A stretch of 64,000 nt of DNA from Podarcis tiliguerta (taxonomy: Eukaryota): the NCBI GenBank assembly GCA_965153285.1, contig OZ229114.1; one strand, 5' to 3'. Shown here piece by piece: positions 13,405 to 24,288 of this stretch. Both the position numbers and the translations under genes were made by a program. The stretch's first letter is position 1. Each line of letters opens with the position of its first letter. Below the pieces are notes generated by a model. It was not told the origin of the DNA and did no database searches. It saw only the letters and a list, made by a program, of their open reading frames with translations.

Positions 13405-13580
13405 GCATCTGCGCATGTGCGGGTTGCGATTCGCCGCTTCTGCGCATGCGCGTGGCGTCATTTTGAGCATCTGCGCATGCGGCGAAACCCGGAAGTAACC
13501 CTTTCCGGTACTTCCGGGTCGCCATGGGACGCAACCTGAAAAGATTTAACCTGAGGGAAATGTAACAAGAGGTATGACTG
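13405..13580. mobile_element. CpG-rich Tigger-like fragment
   Basis: Ends gaggtatgactg like the 60171 element. Repeated ctgcgcatg units. Confidence 0.6.
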
Positions 13581-15539
13581 TGACGCATCTTCCAGCCTTG
13601 TATCCAGATGGAAGTGCAACTGTGTCACAGTATGCATGGCCGAGTGCTGAGATGATTTGGATAAGTGAAAGAAGCTTGCCCTAAGCAGATAACCAGGATA
13701 AAAGGGGGGAGTGGTCACATAAAACTGTAAGGCTTACAATCCAGAGCTGAATGGCTATGCTTTGTCCCGACTAACCTTTCTTCCTAGTTGAATAAAGCGC
13801 TCCGACTGTACTTTGACTCTGGTGCACAGTCTCCAGGATTGAGAATATCACTTAATGACAGCCTCGCCTTGTTACTGTCAAAGGCAGAATGGGGAAGCAA
13901 ATCAGAGGATAATTGAAGCTAGATTCCCTACCAGGACAATGGCTTCAGACTGTGGCTGCCAGTTTATACACTGTGTATCACTTCCTATGTTCCTCAATAA
14001 TTTGTAATCAGAGCTTAGTTCCTTAGGAAAGCAGGAAACATTTACTAGCAACAATACAGTTAGGGTCGGAGCCTGCTTCTTGAAACCATAAAATGCCAAG
14101 CACCAAAGGCAGTTATCTCAAATTTTATTGCCCAATTAAATAAGTGATTTTAAGCAAGGCAAGAGAAATATAACCTTCTTTCCTATAGCAGGTTTGAGAG
14201 CGCCGATGACCTAAGCTTTTTAAACAATGCCAAGCCCCTGCATTTATTTAAAAAAAAAAAAAAGACTAAAGATAAACATTAGTGGGAAATGTGACTAAAA
14301 TATTTAAGAAAGATTTCTCCCTCTTACTATCCAGCTTAGAGCAACTGGATGAAATCAATTACTTCAACTTGACAGAAACAAAACTTTGGAACTTTCTGCT
14401 ATCAGAAAGTAATTGCTTTTCAGTACAGAGCATGAACTGATTGCAGCCCCCAAAACCATGCAACACAACGTTAAGACCCCCAGCCCTAACAGTATGATTA
14501 AAATAGCTGACCTCTTGCCACGCCTTCCCTGCAAACACAGATATACAAGCTCTAGCTATACAAATCTTTTAAAAATATAAATGATAGTTTGAAGGCTTTC
14601 ATGCCTGTTAATACTGTATCAAAACCTAAGCCCAGGGGTTAGAATTGGTGAAAAAAAAAAAGCAAATGAATAGTTTCAAATGATATATGAAGTGCACCAT
14701 GGTTGCTCCCGTAGCAAATGCTTCATTGATAACACAAAGGACCAAAAACAAATTACTTCATCTTCTAAGTAGAAATGCTTAAATCAGGTAGCAATTTAAA
14801 AAGGTAGGAAGCCACTCTTTCTTCTATCACCTTTGTTTATATTGTGAAACCATGCATCTTGCTTCTGCAACCATCATTTTAGACCACATTTGTCTGGGAC
14901 ATGAATCAAAGAAAGTGCAGCATTTTAGAAAGTAAAACAATGAGAGATGATAAACTACATGTTTTTATATGTACAGAAAGCAAATCAGAGAAAGGGCCAG
15001 AGGAATAAAAGCCTACCATTCTATTCAACGGGAACTAAGTGCCAATAAAGAAGGGTGTGTACAATAGGAAGGAAACTGAATCCAATTTTCTGACCAGAAT
15101 ATCAACAAGGTGCCCCATAACTGTTTTCAAAATTAAGATTGTCTGTTTTCTCTTTCCAAAGCTTTCAAATATCAAGCCAGTTGTCAGAAGCATTGTTCAA
15201 TAAATATTTTCTGGCTTTTTCAGCTCTCTGTGGAGTTTAGCCAATGTTTCAGTGGAGAGCTTTTAAGGAAAGGAGGGGGGGGGGGAGGGCTTTCTATGTA
15301 CACTGAGATCTCAAAACTACTCCATCCCACTCACAAGCTGCACAGCTTGTTGCACCCAGCTCAATGTATAAAGTGCTTTTGTTGCATTTTTAAAAAATAC
15401 ACAAAGCCTGCTTGTCCTCTTTTGCAGCTCCTCCCCATTGCCACCCACTTGTATCCGATTCCAATGGCACCCCTGCCAAGAGAATTAGGGAGGACTCCCT
15501 GGTAAATGGCAGCCTTTGTGTGGCTGCAAGACGGCTGGT

Positions 15540-16445
15540 ACTATCTCACCGAAACAAAAGCAGAAGAAGCCATTTGCCTAATTCTTATTAATCTCACTTG
15601 CCTACGCCACACAGCTTCATCTTCGTCGCCGTCTTCTTCTTTTTAAAAAAGCGAAAAGGATTTAAACATCTTCTCCAGCAGTATATAAAAAGTGCATCAA
15701 GAAGCAAGCCAAGCGTTGCCTTGAATTACTCGCTTGTAACAAAAGTCGCTGCAGTTCTTAAAAGTCAATGGCACACTTTATTAAACAAACAGGAAAGAAA
15801 AACAGGAAATTTCCCCTTGCCTTGAAAACGTTGCCTCCACATTCTTCGTCTTATTAAAAAATGCACATGGTAGAGAGGAGGAGGAGGAGGAGTAGAAGGA
15901 GGAGAAATAAAAGCATAAGAGAGGGAAAGGGAGGGGGAGAAAAAGTATAAGATACTACACTACTGTTCGGTGTGCCGACTCTCCTCTCGCCTACAAGGGG
16001 GTATCTTCAAACAAGCATCCCCACGGCCACAGCTGCAAAGTCTCGAGACAAATGTCTCTTTGAACACGGGAAGCAAAAGAAAAGGCTTTTGTCCTGCTAC
16101 AGAAGAATAGTCTGAAATTGCTAGAGGAGTTATAGTCACCTCTCTACGGCTCCCAACTCTTTCGAACACTCCCTCCAGACCTTGCTGCTGCTTTTAACTA
16201 ATCAAAGTTTGCCGTCCCCCCTCCCAACTCCCCCGGCAGCCCTTGAATGAAATTACATGTGTGCCGGTCAAAATAATAACAGTAAGTAAACTTTACACAG
16301 TGCACTCTGAATTGTTTGTACATGTCACCCTCTCCCTTTCCCCAAATAACTGACTTGTACATTTGCCTCACTTTCCTAGTTATCTCAAAAACATATTTAA
16401 TCTGTGCCACGCCCCGTTATTTCACAACTTAAAGTGAAACGTGAT
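15540..16445 (-). promoter_or_regulatory. Putative internal CTBP2 promoter / 5'UTR block
   Basis: No recognisable repeats, visibly more CpG than the flanks, a long purine tract (15871-15945), an SP/KLF site GCCACGCCCC (16406-16415), and several donor-like sites at its 3' end. Confidence 0.55.
15821..15842 (-). CDS. CTBP2: Putative alternative first coding exon (MWRQRFQ+G) using a GC-AG donor
   Basis: ATG TGG AGG CAA CGT TTT CAA G|GCAAGG is phase 1, giving MWRQRFQGIRPQIM. It resembles an MWRQ-starting CtBP2 isoform I recall from other vertebrates (not verified). It lies in a repeat-free, CpG-enriched block. Confidence 0.6.
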
Positions 16446-18980
16446 CTGTTAACGTAGGCTATGTATTTGGGTGTATGCCTTTGGCTGCAGCAGAAACAGC
16501 AGCCACCAACAGGAGTTTAGATAGATGCCCCCCACCCTTCAGGCCACACACAAAGGCTTTGCCAGACACCTGCTGCCACTCATGTGACATATTTTGCAAG
16601 TAACCACACAGATGCTCAAGTTAGCAGGACTAACATGCCAGCTAAGTATCTAGGAACAGGGACTGGGTCTAGTACTGCAACATCAGTATCTGTCTGCTGG
16701 GAACTGAGCTATAAGGGGAACCAACAGTGTCCAAAACATTTTCACAGTTTTAAAAAGTAAGTTGTGGAGAGTTGTTGAGGAAACCATAAGGCTTTATCCA
16801 GATGGCCGTAAGTTAAGAGGCTAAACCTGAAGGGCAGGAAGAAATCTAGGGGAGAAAAATACTACACTGTATGGGATCTTGCACAATGATATCCAAGCAC
16901 TCTCTTAATAAGAATTAAGCAAAACATATAATTTTTTAAAGGTATAATGAAATTCATAGAGGTGAGATGAAACGGGTAAAAATAATGGGAAAGGTTTATG
17001 CTGTGCAAAACTTAGTGACTAACCCAGAGGTTTGAAAGTGGTTCTGATACCTCCACAAAAAGACAGTCAGTAGTCTTTGATAAAGAATCTGTCTTACACA
17101 AGAGCCACTTTCATGTAAGGCATGAGAAAAGCCACATGTGAAATGGAATGGGCAGGTGCTGAGAGTCCTCTCTTGAACAAGACTAGAAGGGAAAATTACG
17201 AAGGCTGCAAGAAAGGTTTCAGAATACAAGCTGGATTGTCAGTACATTGCAAACACTTATGCATAACCTTCCACTGAAAGCAACTGTAATTCTAAGTGTT
17301 TAGCTTTAACTGGCTTGTGCCTAAACGTATAGATAACTATGCCATCTGCTGTGATGTAAATGAATTTTGAAGTTTAAAATTGCTTACATCTGTAGTGTCT
17401 TTAAATGCCACGTTGCCTACAGTACAGTCTGTAAATGTGTCTAGATCGTGCAATCAGGTGTTGCTGGAAGGATTTCAGTTGCTAAGTCCCAATGATGTGC
17501 ACAAGGCACCTGGAAGAGTTTGGTCAACCCACCTACCTGCTCGTCTAGTATGGCAGGGCTGACCACCAGAGTACAGAAGTAATCATTCCTGAAGAGCTTG
17601 AAGGAGACCTCTGCTAAGGAAGATTGTTCTATCAGCTGGTCAATCTCTAATATAGCCTTCTTGGACAAGGTGCCTGAGTAGATAGGGACTCTGAGATAAC
17701 ACATAATCTGGATTCCTATCAGTACAGCTTCAGAACTAGATTTGGCATGGACTGGGTTTGGTCACTAGATAACCTTTGCCAGAAGAATGACTCTGCTAGT
17801 TTTCCTGGCTCTCCCAGCAGCCTTTGTAACCACTGATCACAGTATCCTGCACAGTATCCTTGTGGAGTGGCTATCTGGGATGGGGAACAGGAATTCTGTG
17901 TTCCAGTGGTTCCACTCCTCATTGGCCTGCTGTTTCCAGGATTTGTGATGGAAGTCTACTGCAGCCATAGCCATTATATTATGGTGCACCACAGGGCTCT
18001 TATTTTGTCCGCAGCACTATTTAACAGTTACACAAAACTGATGAGTGATGTCATGAATATCATCCGGGGTGTACAAAGTATTTGGACAAATCCTAAATCT
18101 AAGTGGGGCTGTCGCAGACAGATTAGAAGCTTGCCTGACTAAAAACAGGTCACACCAAACTGAAGAGAGGACACCTGAAGCACTTTTGAGGTGCTCTGCA
18201 GATTCCAGTGTTTTTTTTTAAAAAAAAACACCTGTGCAGACCACATGTCTGCAAAATTTGAAACACTTTGCCCCAAGTATGTAATATAAGAATAATGTCG
18301 GGGTGGGGAGAGGAAGAGCTCTTTTGTGACTAATCAGAGGGAATGGTTTTGCCAAGACTTTGGGGAAAGGATGTTGAGGTACTGTATCACTTTGCTACTT
18401 CTGTTTCTAGAAAATGTTGGACATCGTCATCATTCTGCCTCAGTGCCCCATGCCCACAGATCCATTCCTGTGGAATCAGCTTTGCACTTTGTTCTTGTGA
18501 CATTTGGGGCCAAATGAAAAGAACACAAGACTGAAGCTGTCTCTCCCCCCCCCCAACATTCATCCCCACCCACCATACCTGCACTTTACCTTCCTAGAGG
18601 TAATGCATGCTTATTTTCATAATGAAATTGCTGTCCACAAAACCACAGGGAGAAAAGCAAATCCCTTTTAGTTCAACCCCAATAAGAACTTAAAGGAGCC
18701 TAGTATCAAAATCCCTGCCCATTTGTCTACAATTAGGCAGGTTTTTTATCTGGGGGTACTTCTCTCATGTATGCTATTTTCAAATGAAACACCATAAAAC
18801 AATAGGGAAGATTAAGTGAATCTTAAAAAGAAAAGAAAAATCCCCAAACTGTAAAGGCAGCCCTTTTGAAGCTAAATCAGACAGTCTTCAGACAAAAATC
18901 TTGCTCTTTTCTGAAGTGAGGTCCAAGCAAAATCTTGTAGTCAATGGATTATCAGTCTGCTGATGACACTCAGTTCATGG

Positions 18981-19175
18981 AGGGACCATAACTCCATGTG
19001 CTTTACATGAAGATAGGCCCATGCTCAATCCTGGGGTCTCTAGTTAAAAGGATTGGGAAACAAACAATGGGGGATACCTTTCTGCCTGGGACCCTGGATG
19101 ATTGCTACTAGCTGGAGAAGACACCACCAGGCTAATTGGTCAAATAGCCTGGTATAAGGCAGCTTCATATGTTCT
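18981..19175 (+). mobile_element. Old tRNA-derived squamate SINE (Squam3-like)
   Basis: Degenerate head and the 3' end ggtataaggcagcttcatatgttc. Confidence 0.6.
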
Positions 19176-19191
19176 CTCTTTATTCTTTTGG

Positions 19192-19368
19192 GGGAGGGGC
19201 TTTGGCTTGGAGGAAAAGTGCATTGTTTTCATGCAAAAGCTTGCAGATTCAGTACCTGGCATTTCCAGTAGCACTGGAAAAGGCTCCTGTCCAAAGCCCT
19301 GGAGAGGTGTTGCTTCCAGAGTAGTAGATTCTGTGCTAATTGAGTATCAGGCATCTTTTTATGTTCCT
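19192..19368 (+). mobile_element. Second Squam3-like SINE, in tandem with the first
   Basis: ggggaggggc head, ccctggagag...tgc core, tatgttcct end. Confidence 0.55.
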
Positions 19369-19544
19369 GCTTCTACTTCTCATCAAATTCAGGTAAAGCT
19401 GTAGAGATGCTGACCCTGTGTCTGGAATCAGTAATATGCTGAACTAAGACCAAAAAACTGTATCAGGGTCAGTACTGAGAAGCTTGAGTCATCTTGAATT
19501 GCTGGAGCAATAGAAATACTTCATACTTGTATAAAATGTTATTT

Positions 19545-19646
19545 TTCTAGAAAAAGAGGTACTGGAATCCACCATGAATGAGTCCCTTGTTCTCTTATTA
19601 TGGCATTGTTGCCCACGTGAGAGGAGTTCCGGTTGAAAAAAGTCTG
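19545..19646 (+). mobile_element. hAT-like MITE fragment
   Basis: Similar to 63489-63603 (agaaaaagaggt..ggaa...accatgaatg...cccttgttctctta). Confidence 0.6.
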
Positions 19647-19779
19647 CTTGTATCTGTATCTGCACTCATACAAGCTGTTATGCATATATCAACATCTGGA
19701 ACTGTACTGCTGAAGTTATATTTTCTGCAACAGTAAACTATTTGGACCTTAAGCTGCCTCTGTGTGGTGACTGAAACTG

Positions 19780-20660
19780 GGGGCAACTTTCGCTACGTGG
19801 GTATCTCACCTGAGATTCCCAACATAAACTGAAGCTCAATCCAGGCAAGGTGGATATATTGTTGGTGGGTTGTTCTGACTTGAGTTATAGTGTCCAACCT
19901 GTTCTGAACAGGTATGTACTACCTTTGAAAGACCTGCTTTGCAGATTTGATATGCTATCAGATTCAGCGTTGACATTAATTGCTCAAGCACTTTATGTAC
20001 ATCAGCTTAAGCTGGAACATTGACAGTGACCCTCCTGGACAGAGATGGCCTCTCTCCACAGTGGCACAGTCTCTTGTAATATCCCTTTCGGATGACATGT
20101 CTTGCACATGGAGCTGTCACTGAAAGAAATTTGGAAACTGGATTTGGTGTAAAACACACTGGCTAGATTGCCAAATGAGTTTGGGAATATGGGATACATG
20201 ACACCAGTTTTTAAAGAGCAACACAAGTTCCCAATCCCTTCCAAGAACAATTCAACATGCAGCTTGTAACACGGGAAGTTGTACAGCTTCATCTTCCCAC
20301 ATGAACCTGAATTTATATTATGATACAGTAATTTCCCCAGATGTCCTGTAGAAATAAGGTGGGTAACAACTAAGGGTTATTTGGTTTTTGGTTATGGAGC
20401 CTTTTTGGTTATGGAACCATTATCCTGGAACTTTCTCCCTAGAAATGATGCTCTCTGTTTTGGCACTAGGTGAAAACTTTCCTATCTGCCCCTGCCTTGT
20501 CAGGTTTTTAAAATACTTTCTGAGCTTTATTTTTAATGCATAATTGTTATTTGTTTTGCTTTTAATGCCTTAATGGTTTTGGTATTGTTATTTTATTGGA
20601 CATTGCTTTGGGATCCCTTCTGGGAAAATGAGCGGGGTAATAAAATGTTAAAAGTAAATA
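19780..20660 (+). mobile_element. Ancient L2/CR1-group LINE 3' remnant
   Basis: ctgaagctcaatccag (LKLNP motif), degraded RT C-terminus, T-rich 3'UTR ending aaataaa. Confidence 0.5.
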
Positions 20661-21094
20661 AACAAACAAGCAAACACACACACACACATCCATGCACATA
20701 AACCTCTAAGGAATGCTTATTATTTATTAGCTAGGATAGGTAAATTAACAACAGCTAAGGAAATACCAAGCCATCAACAAGCAAAGAGCAGTACAAAGAA
20801 TAATTACTAAATGCTGATTTAAATCCACAGTGGCTATAACCACGAACAATGCTGCTGATCCAGCCTCTAGTGGTGCCACATCCAACTCCCTGCTGTTCTC
20901 AACACGAGAGAGAAGAGAAAGGTCAATAACTATCTACGGAGTTGCTGATCCAGAACAATATTCACATAAACAGTTCCTAAACTCAACAAATTAATTTTTG
21001 GAATGGGAATGCTACTACCAGAGACAGTATGATCCATTGCTGAACTAAAAAATAAATAAATGTTTAATATACGCCAACTTTTATACGCCAACTT

Positions 21095-21460
21095 GGGACA
21101 CGGGTGGCGCTGTGGGTTAAAGCCTCAGCGCCTAGCGCTTGCCGATTGAAAGGTCGGCAGTTCGAATCCCCGCGGCGGGGTACGCTCCCGTTGTTCGGTC
21201 CCAGCGCCTGCCAACCTAGCAGTTCGAAAGCACTCCCGGGTGCAAGTAGATAAATAGGGACTGCTTACTAGCGGGAAGGTAAACAGCGTTTCCGTGTGCA
21301 GCTCTGGCTCGCCAGAGCAGCGATGTCACGCTGGCCACGTGACCCGGAAGTGTCTTCGGACAGCGCTGGCCCTTGGCCTCTTTGAGTGAGATGGGCGCAC
21401 AACCCTAGAGTCTGTCAAGACTGGCCCGTATGGGCAGGGGTACCTTTACCTTTACCTTTA
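21095..21460 (+). mobile_element. Sauria SINE, full length (same subfamily as 6129)
   Basis: Closely similar to the 6129 copy, (ACCTTT)3 tail. 15-bp TSD tttatacgccaactt at 21080-21094 and 21457-21471. Confidence 0.92.
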
Positions 21461-23776
21461 TACGCCAACTTAGCTATATCAGTACTCACTATTTTTTAAC
21501 ATCAGTTTCCTTCTGTGAAATGGGAATAATGGTATATGTGCTGGATTGACATGTCAAAAAGAACATTTTGAAAGCTGAACATTTTCATAACACTTTCAAC
21601 TAGAGGAATGCAGAAATGCAGAGAAGACCACATTTTGTGCTTTCCCACCGTAGCCAAGTGACATTTCCATTTATTTCAGGCATCACAAAGAATATGGATG
21701 ATCAGCAGAGGGAACCCTTGCTAACTCCACGAACTTAACAAATGAAACACACCAAGACAAATAAAATGCATGCCACAGCTTTTAGCTGTGTAAATATTCA
21801 CATCTGGTTTATGGAACCAAAGTTTTATAAATTCATCTGCAGCATAGGCTAATAATGCTAGCTAGCTCACCAGTTTGTTTTAAGGATTATTGAGATAATG
21901 CATGCAAACTGCTTTGAGCATCTAATACTAAGAGGAGCTAAGACACCAGGCAATTGATGATCAAGTATTGTGAATAGAAGGCGTATTGTCCTCCCCGTCT
22001 GCCCTGGCACAATGAAATGAACTGCTGTTTTGGGGATAAGAGAGCAAGGAATGCAGAGCTATACAAGTGGCCGTCCAGTTGCTAGCAGTCAGCTGAGTAT
22101 GATGGGAAGGAAAGGGAAGGAAAAAGCTACAATCTAATGCAAAAGTGGGAACCTCTGGCTCATGGGCTGGATACTGCCCACAGGTCATCTCCATGGCAGG
22201 CTCACCAGCCTCTCTCCAGCCCCTTTCCCCTCTCCTCATGCTTTGACCCTGCTTAATTCAGACTCTGGCACTGTCCACTGCAGGACCACTTCCTCCTCAA
22301 AAGGACAGTTCCTCCCCGCTCCCCTCTCTAATGATAACTTATGGGAAGGGATGACCGTCCTAGAGAAATGTTCTGTGTTAGAATGGATGGAAACAGCCTT
22401 GGTTGAACTTTAGCTTTGGTTTGACATGGACACAACTTCTCTTGAAGCAAAAAAAGTGAGGTTAGAAATTAATTAATTAAATTTGAATAACCCATTGACT
22501 ATGTATTTTTTTCTTCTGCTATCAGAAGACAGACACAGTCCACTAAACGTCAGAAAGATCTTTGGAAGCTTAAGAGTTATCCGCTACCGAATTACACTCC
22601 CCCTCTTCTCCTACTCCCAATCTGCATGGCATTTCCCATTTATGAAAAACTTGGGAGAGATTTATTAACAAATGTGTCACCCTGGACTAAAATACACATT
22701 TCTAAGGAATTGAAGCCTCAGAGTTTGGTTCGCTTTGGACATATCCAACACTGGGATATTCCCCTCAAATTTGGGATTCCAAGGTCCTACTATTTATAAA
22801 CTTCTGTCCTTTGAGTCCTATTTGATGGGCACAATATAGGAGAGAGAAAACAGAGAAGAATAAAGCAAAATATTGGATCCAAATACTTTTAGATTTTGGG
22901 GAAATGATTTCCTCATGTTTCGTTTTCCGTCACTGGAGGAATATAATTAAACACGTATCATGCGCTACAGATTTTAAAACTATTTCAGCATCAAATGTCA
23001 TGCCATTTCTTATAATTCATTCTAGCCACTGAAGAATTGGTTTCAAGAGAAAAATCAAACATTAGGAGAAAAAATTAATTTAAAGGACCATGTCTACTTA
23101 CTGCATTTCCAGAACAGAAAGCAAAACTGACAATCTGCTTGACTAGGGAAGATCACCAATACACAAAGATTTAGCTTCTGAAAGTCTAAAGAGGCATTCT
23201 TTGATCCTCCAGTTCCTGAGCAATATGTACAGGTAGAAGAGAACTTTCATTTAGCAAAGCACCAGATGCTTGTGGAAATGCACCTTTTCATGAAGAGCCA
23301 TTAACAAAAACATTAACCATAAACTTGCATGTTGCTGTGTTAGAAGATGAAAAAAGATAGAGGGGAGAGAGTGAACAAAAGAAAAACCCAAGAGAAGGGG
23401 GGGGGTGAGATGTGAGGTTCAGGATGGTGCTGAGAGGAAAAGTTTATTCCAGGAGAATAAAAAACACAAGGTTCAATGTGCTTCAATATAAAAATCATCA
23501 GAGGCAATTGAAAGAGAACTCTCTTGGGAGTCTTCTTCTGGAGAACAAATTGTAGGCTCAGATTCATTTTTCATTTGAGTCTTTAGAGTATGTTCTAAAT
23601 GTAAACTGTAGATTAAACTAAGCCTTAAAGTGAGGTCAGATTCCTGGTCTATCTGTAACAGCTAGATCATCTGGTCTGGTCTGAATAGCCCTAGGCTTTC
23701 AAAGTCCCATTACTCCTTTTGAAAATTAGGCTCCACTAACATAATTGGTTACAACAGAACATGGGATAGAAACTGC

Positions 23777-23813
23777 CCTATTGTGAGCCTATTGTGAGCC
23801 AATTTGTGAGCCT
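23777..23813. repeat. Approximately 11-bp unit x3 (cctattgtgag)
   Basis: Direct read. Confidence 0.85.
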
Positions 23814-24122
23814 TTAAGGATCCTCAGGTGTGCTTCCTGCCTCCCCACCCCTCCCACACCACAATCCTGTTTGTGATACACCAACTCTTTCCCACTTAGT
23901 AGCAAACCATAGTTTGCTGTATTTGTCTGAATGAGCAAAGTATGGTCTGTGCAAACTCTGCAAAGCAGGATTAGAAACTAGGGAAAATGTATTTTTCAAA
24001 CTAGCAAAACATATCAAAGAGCTTTTCTCTCAGCAAGCATTTTAAGAAAGTTATTTGATTTTATGGTTAGTTTTAACTGATTTTTATCTTTTTCGTCTCC
24101 CCCCCTTTCCAGAAATTCATAT

Positions 24123-24288
24123 CAGTGGCGTAGCGTGGGGGGTGCAGGGGGGGGCGGCTGCACCGGGCGCAACATGGGGGGGGGGGCGCTCGCACTCACA
24201 GCTCTCTGCCCCCTGCTAAAATCCACGGGTTAGGGGGCGCAAATTACTTGCCTTGCCCCAGGTGCTGACAACCCACGCTACGCCACTG
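24123..24288 (+). mobile_element. GC-rich hAT MITE (CAGTGGCGTAGC TIR)
   Basis: 17-bp TIR cagtggcgtagcgtggg. 8-bp TSD attcatat. Confidence 0.92.

Noticed and set aside
17440-18160. Possible degraded LTR-retroelement integrase (LAESFFWQRLSSD resembles the zinc-finger region)
   Set aside because: Similarity is too weak to call by eye. An HMM or tBLASTx search against Gypsy pol would decide.
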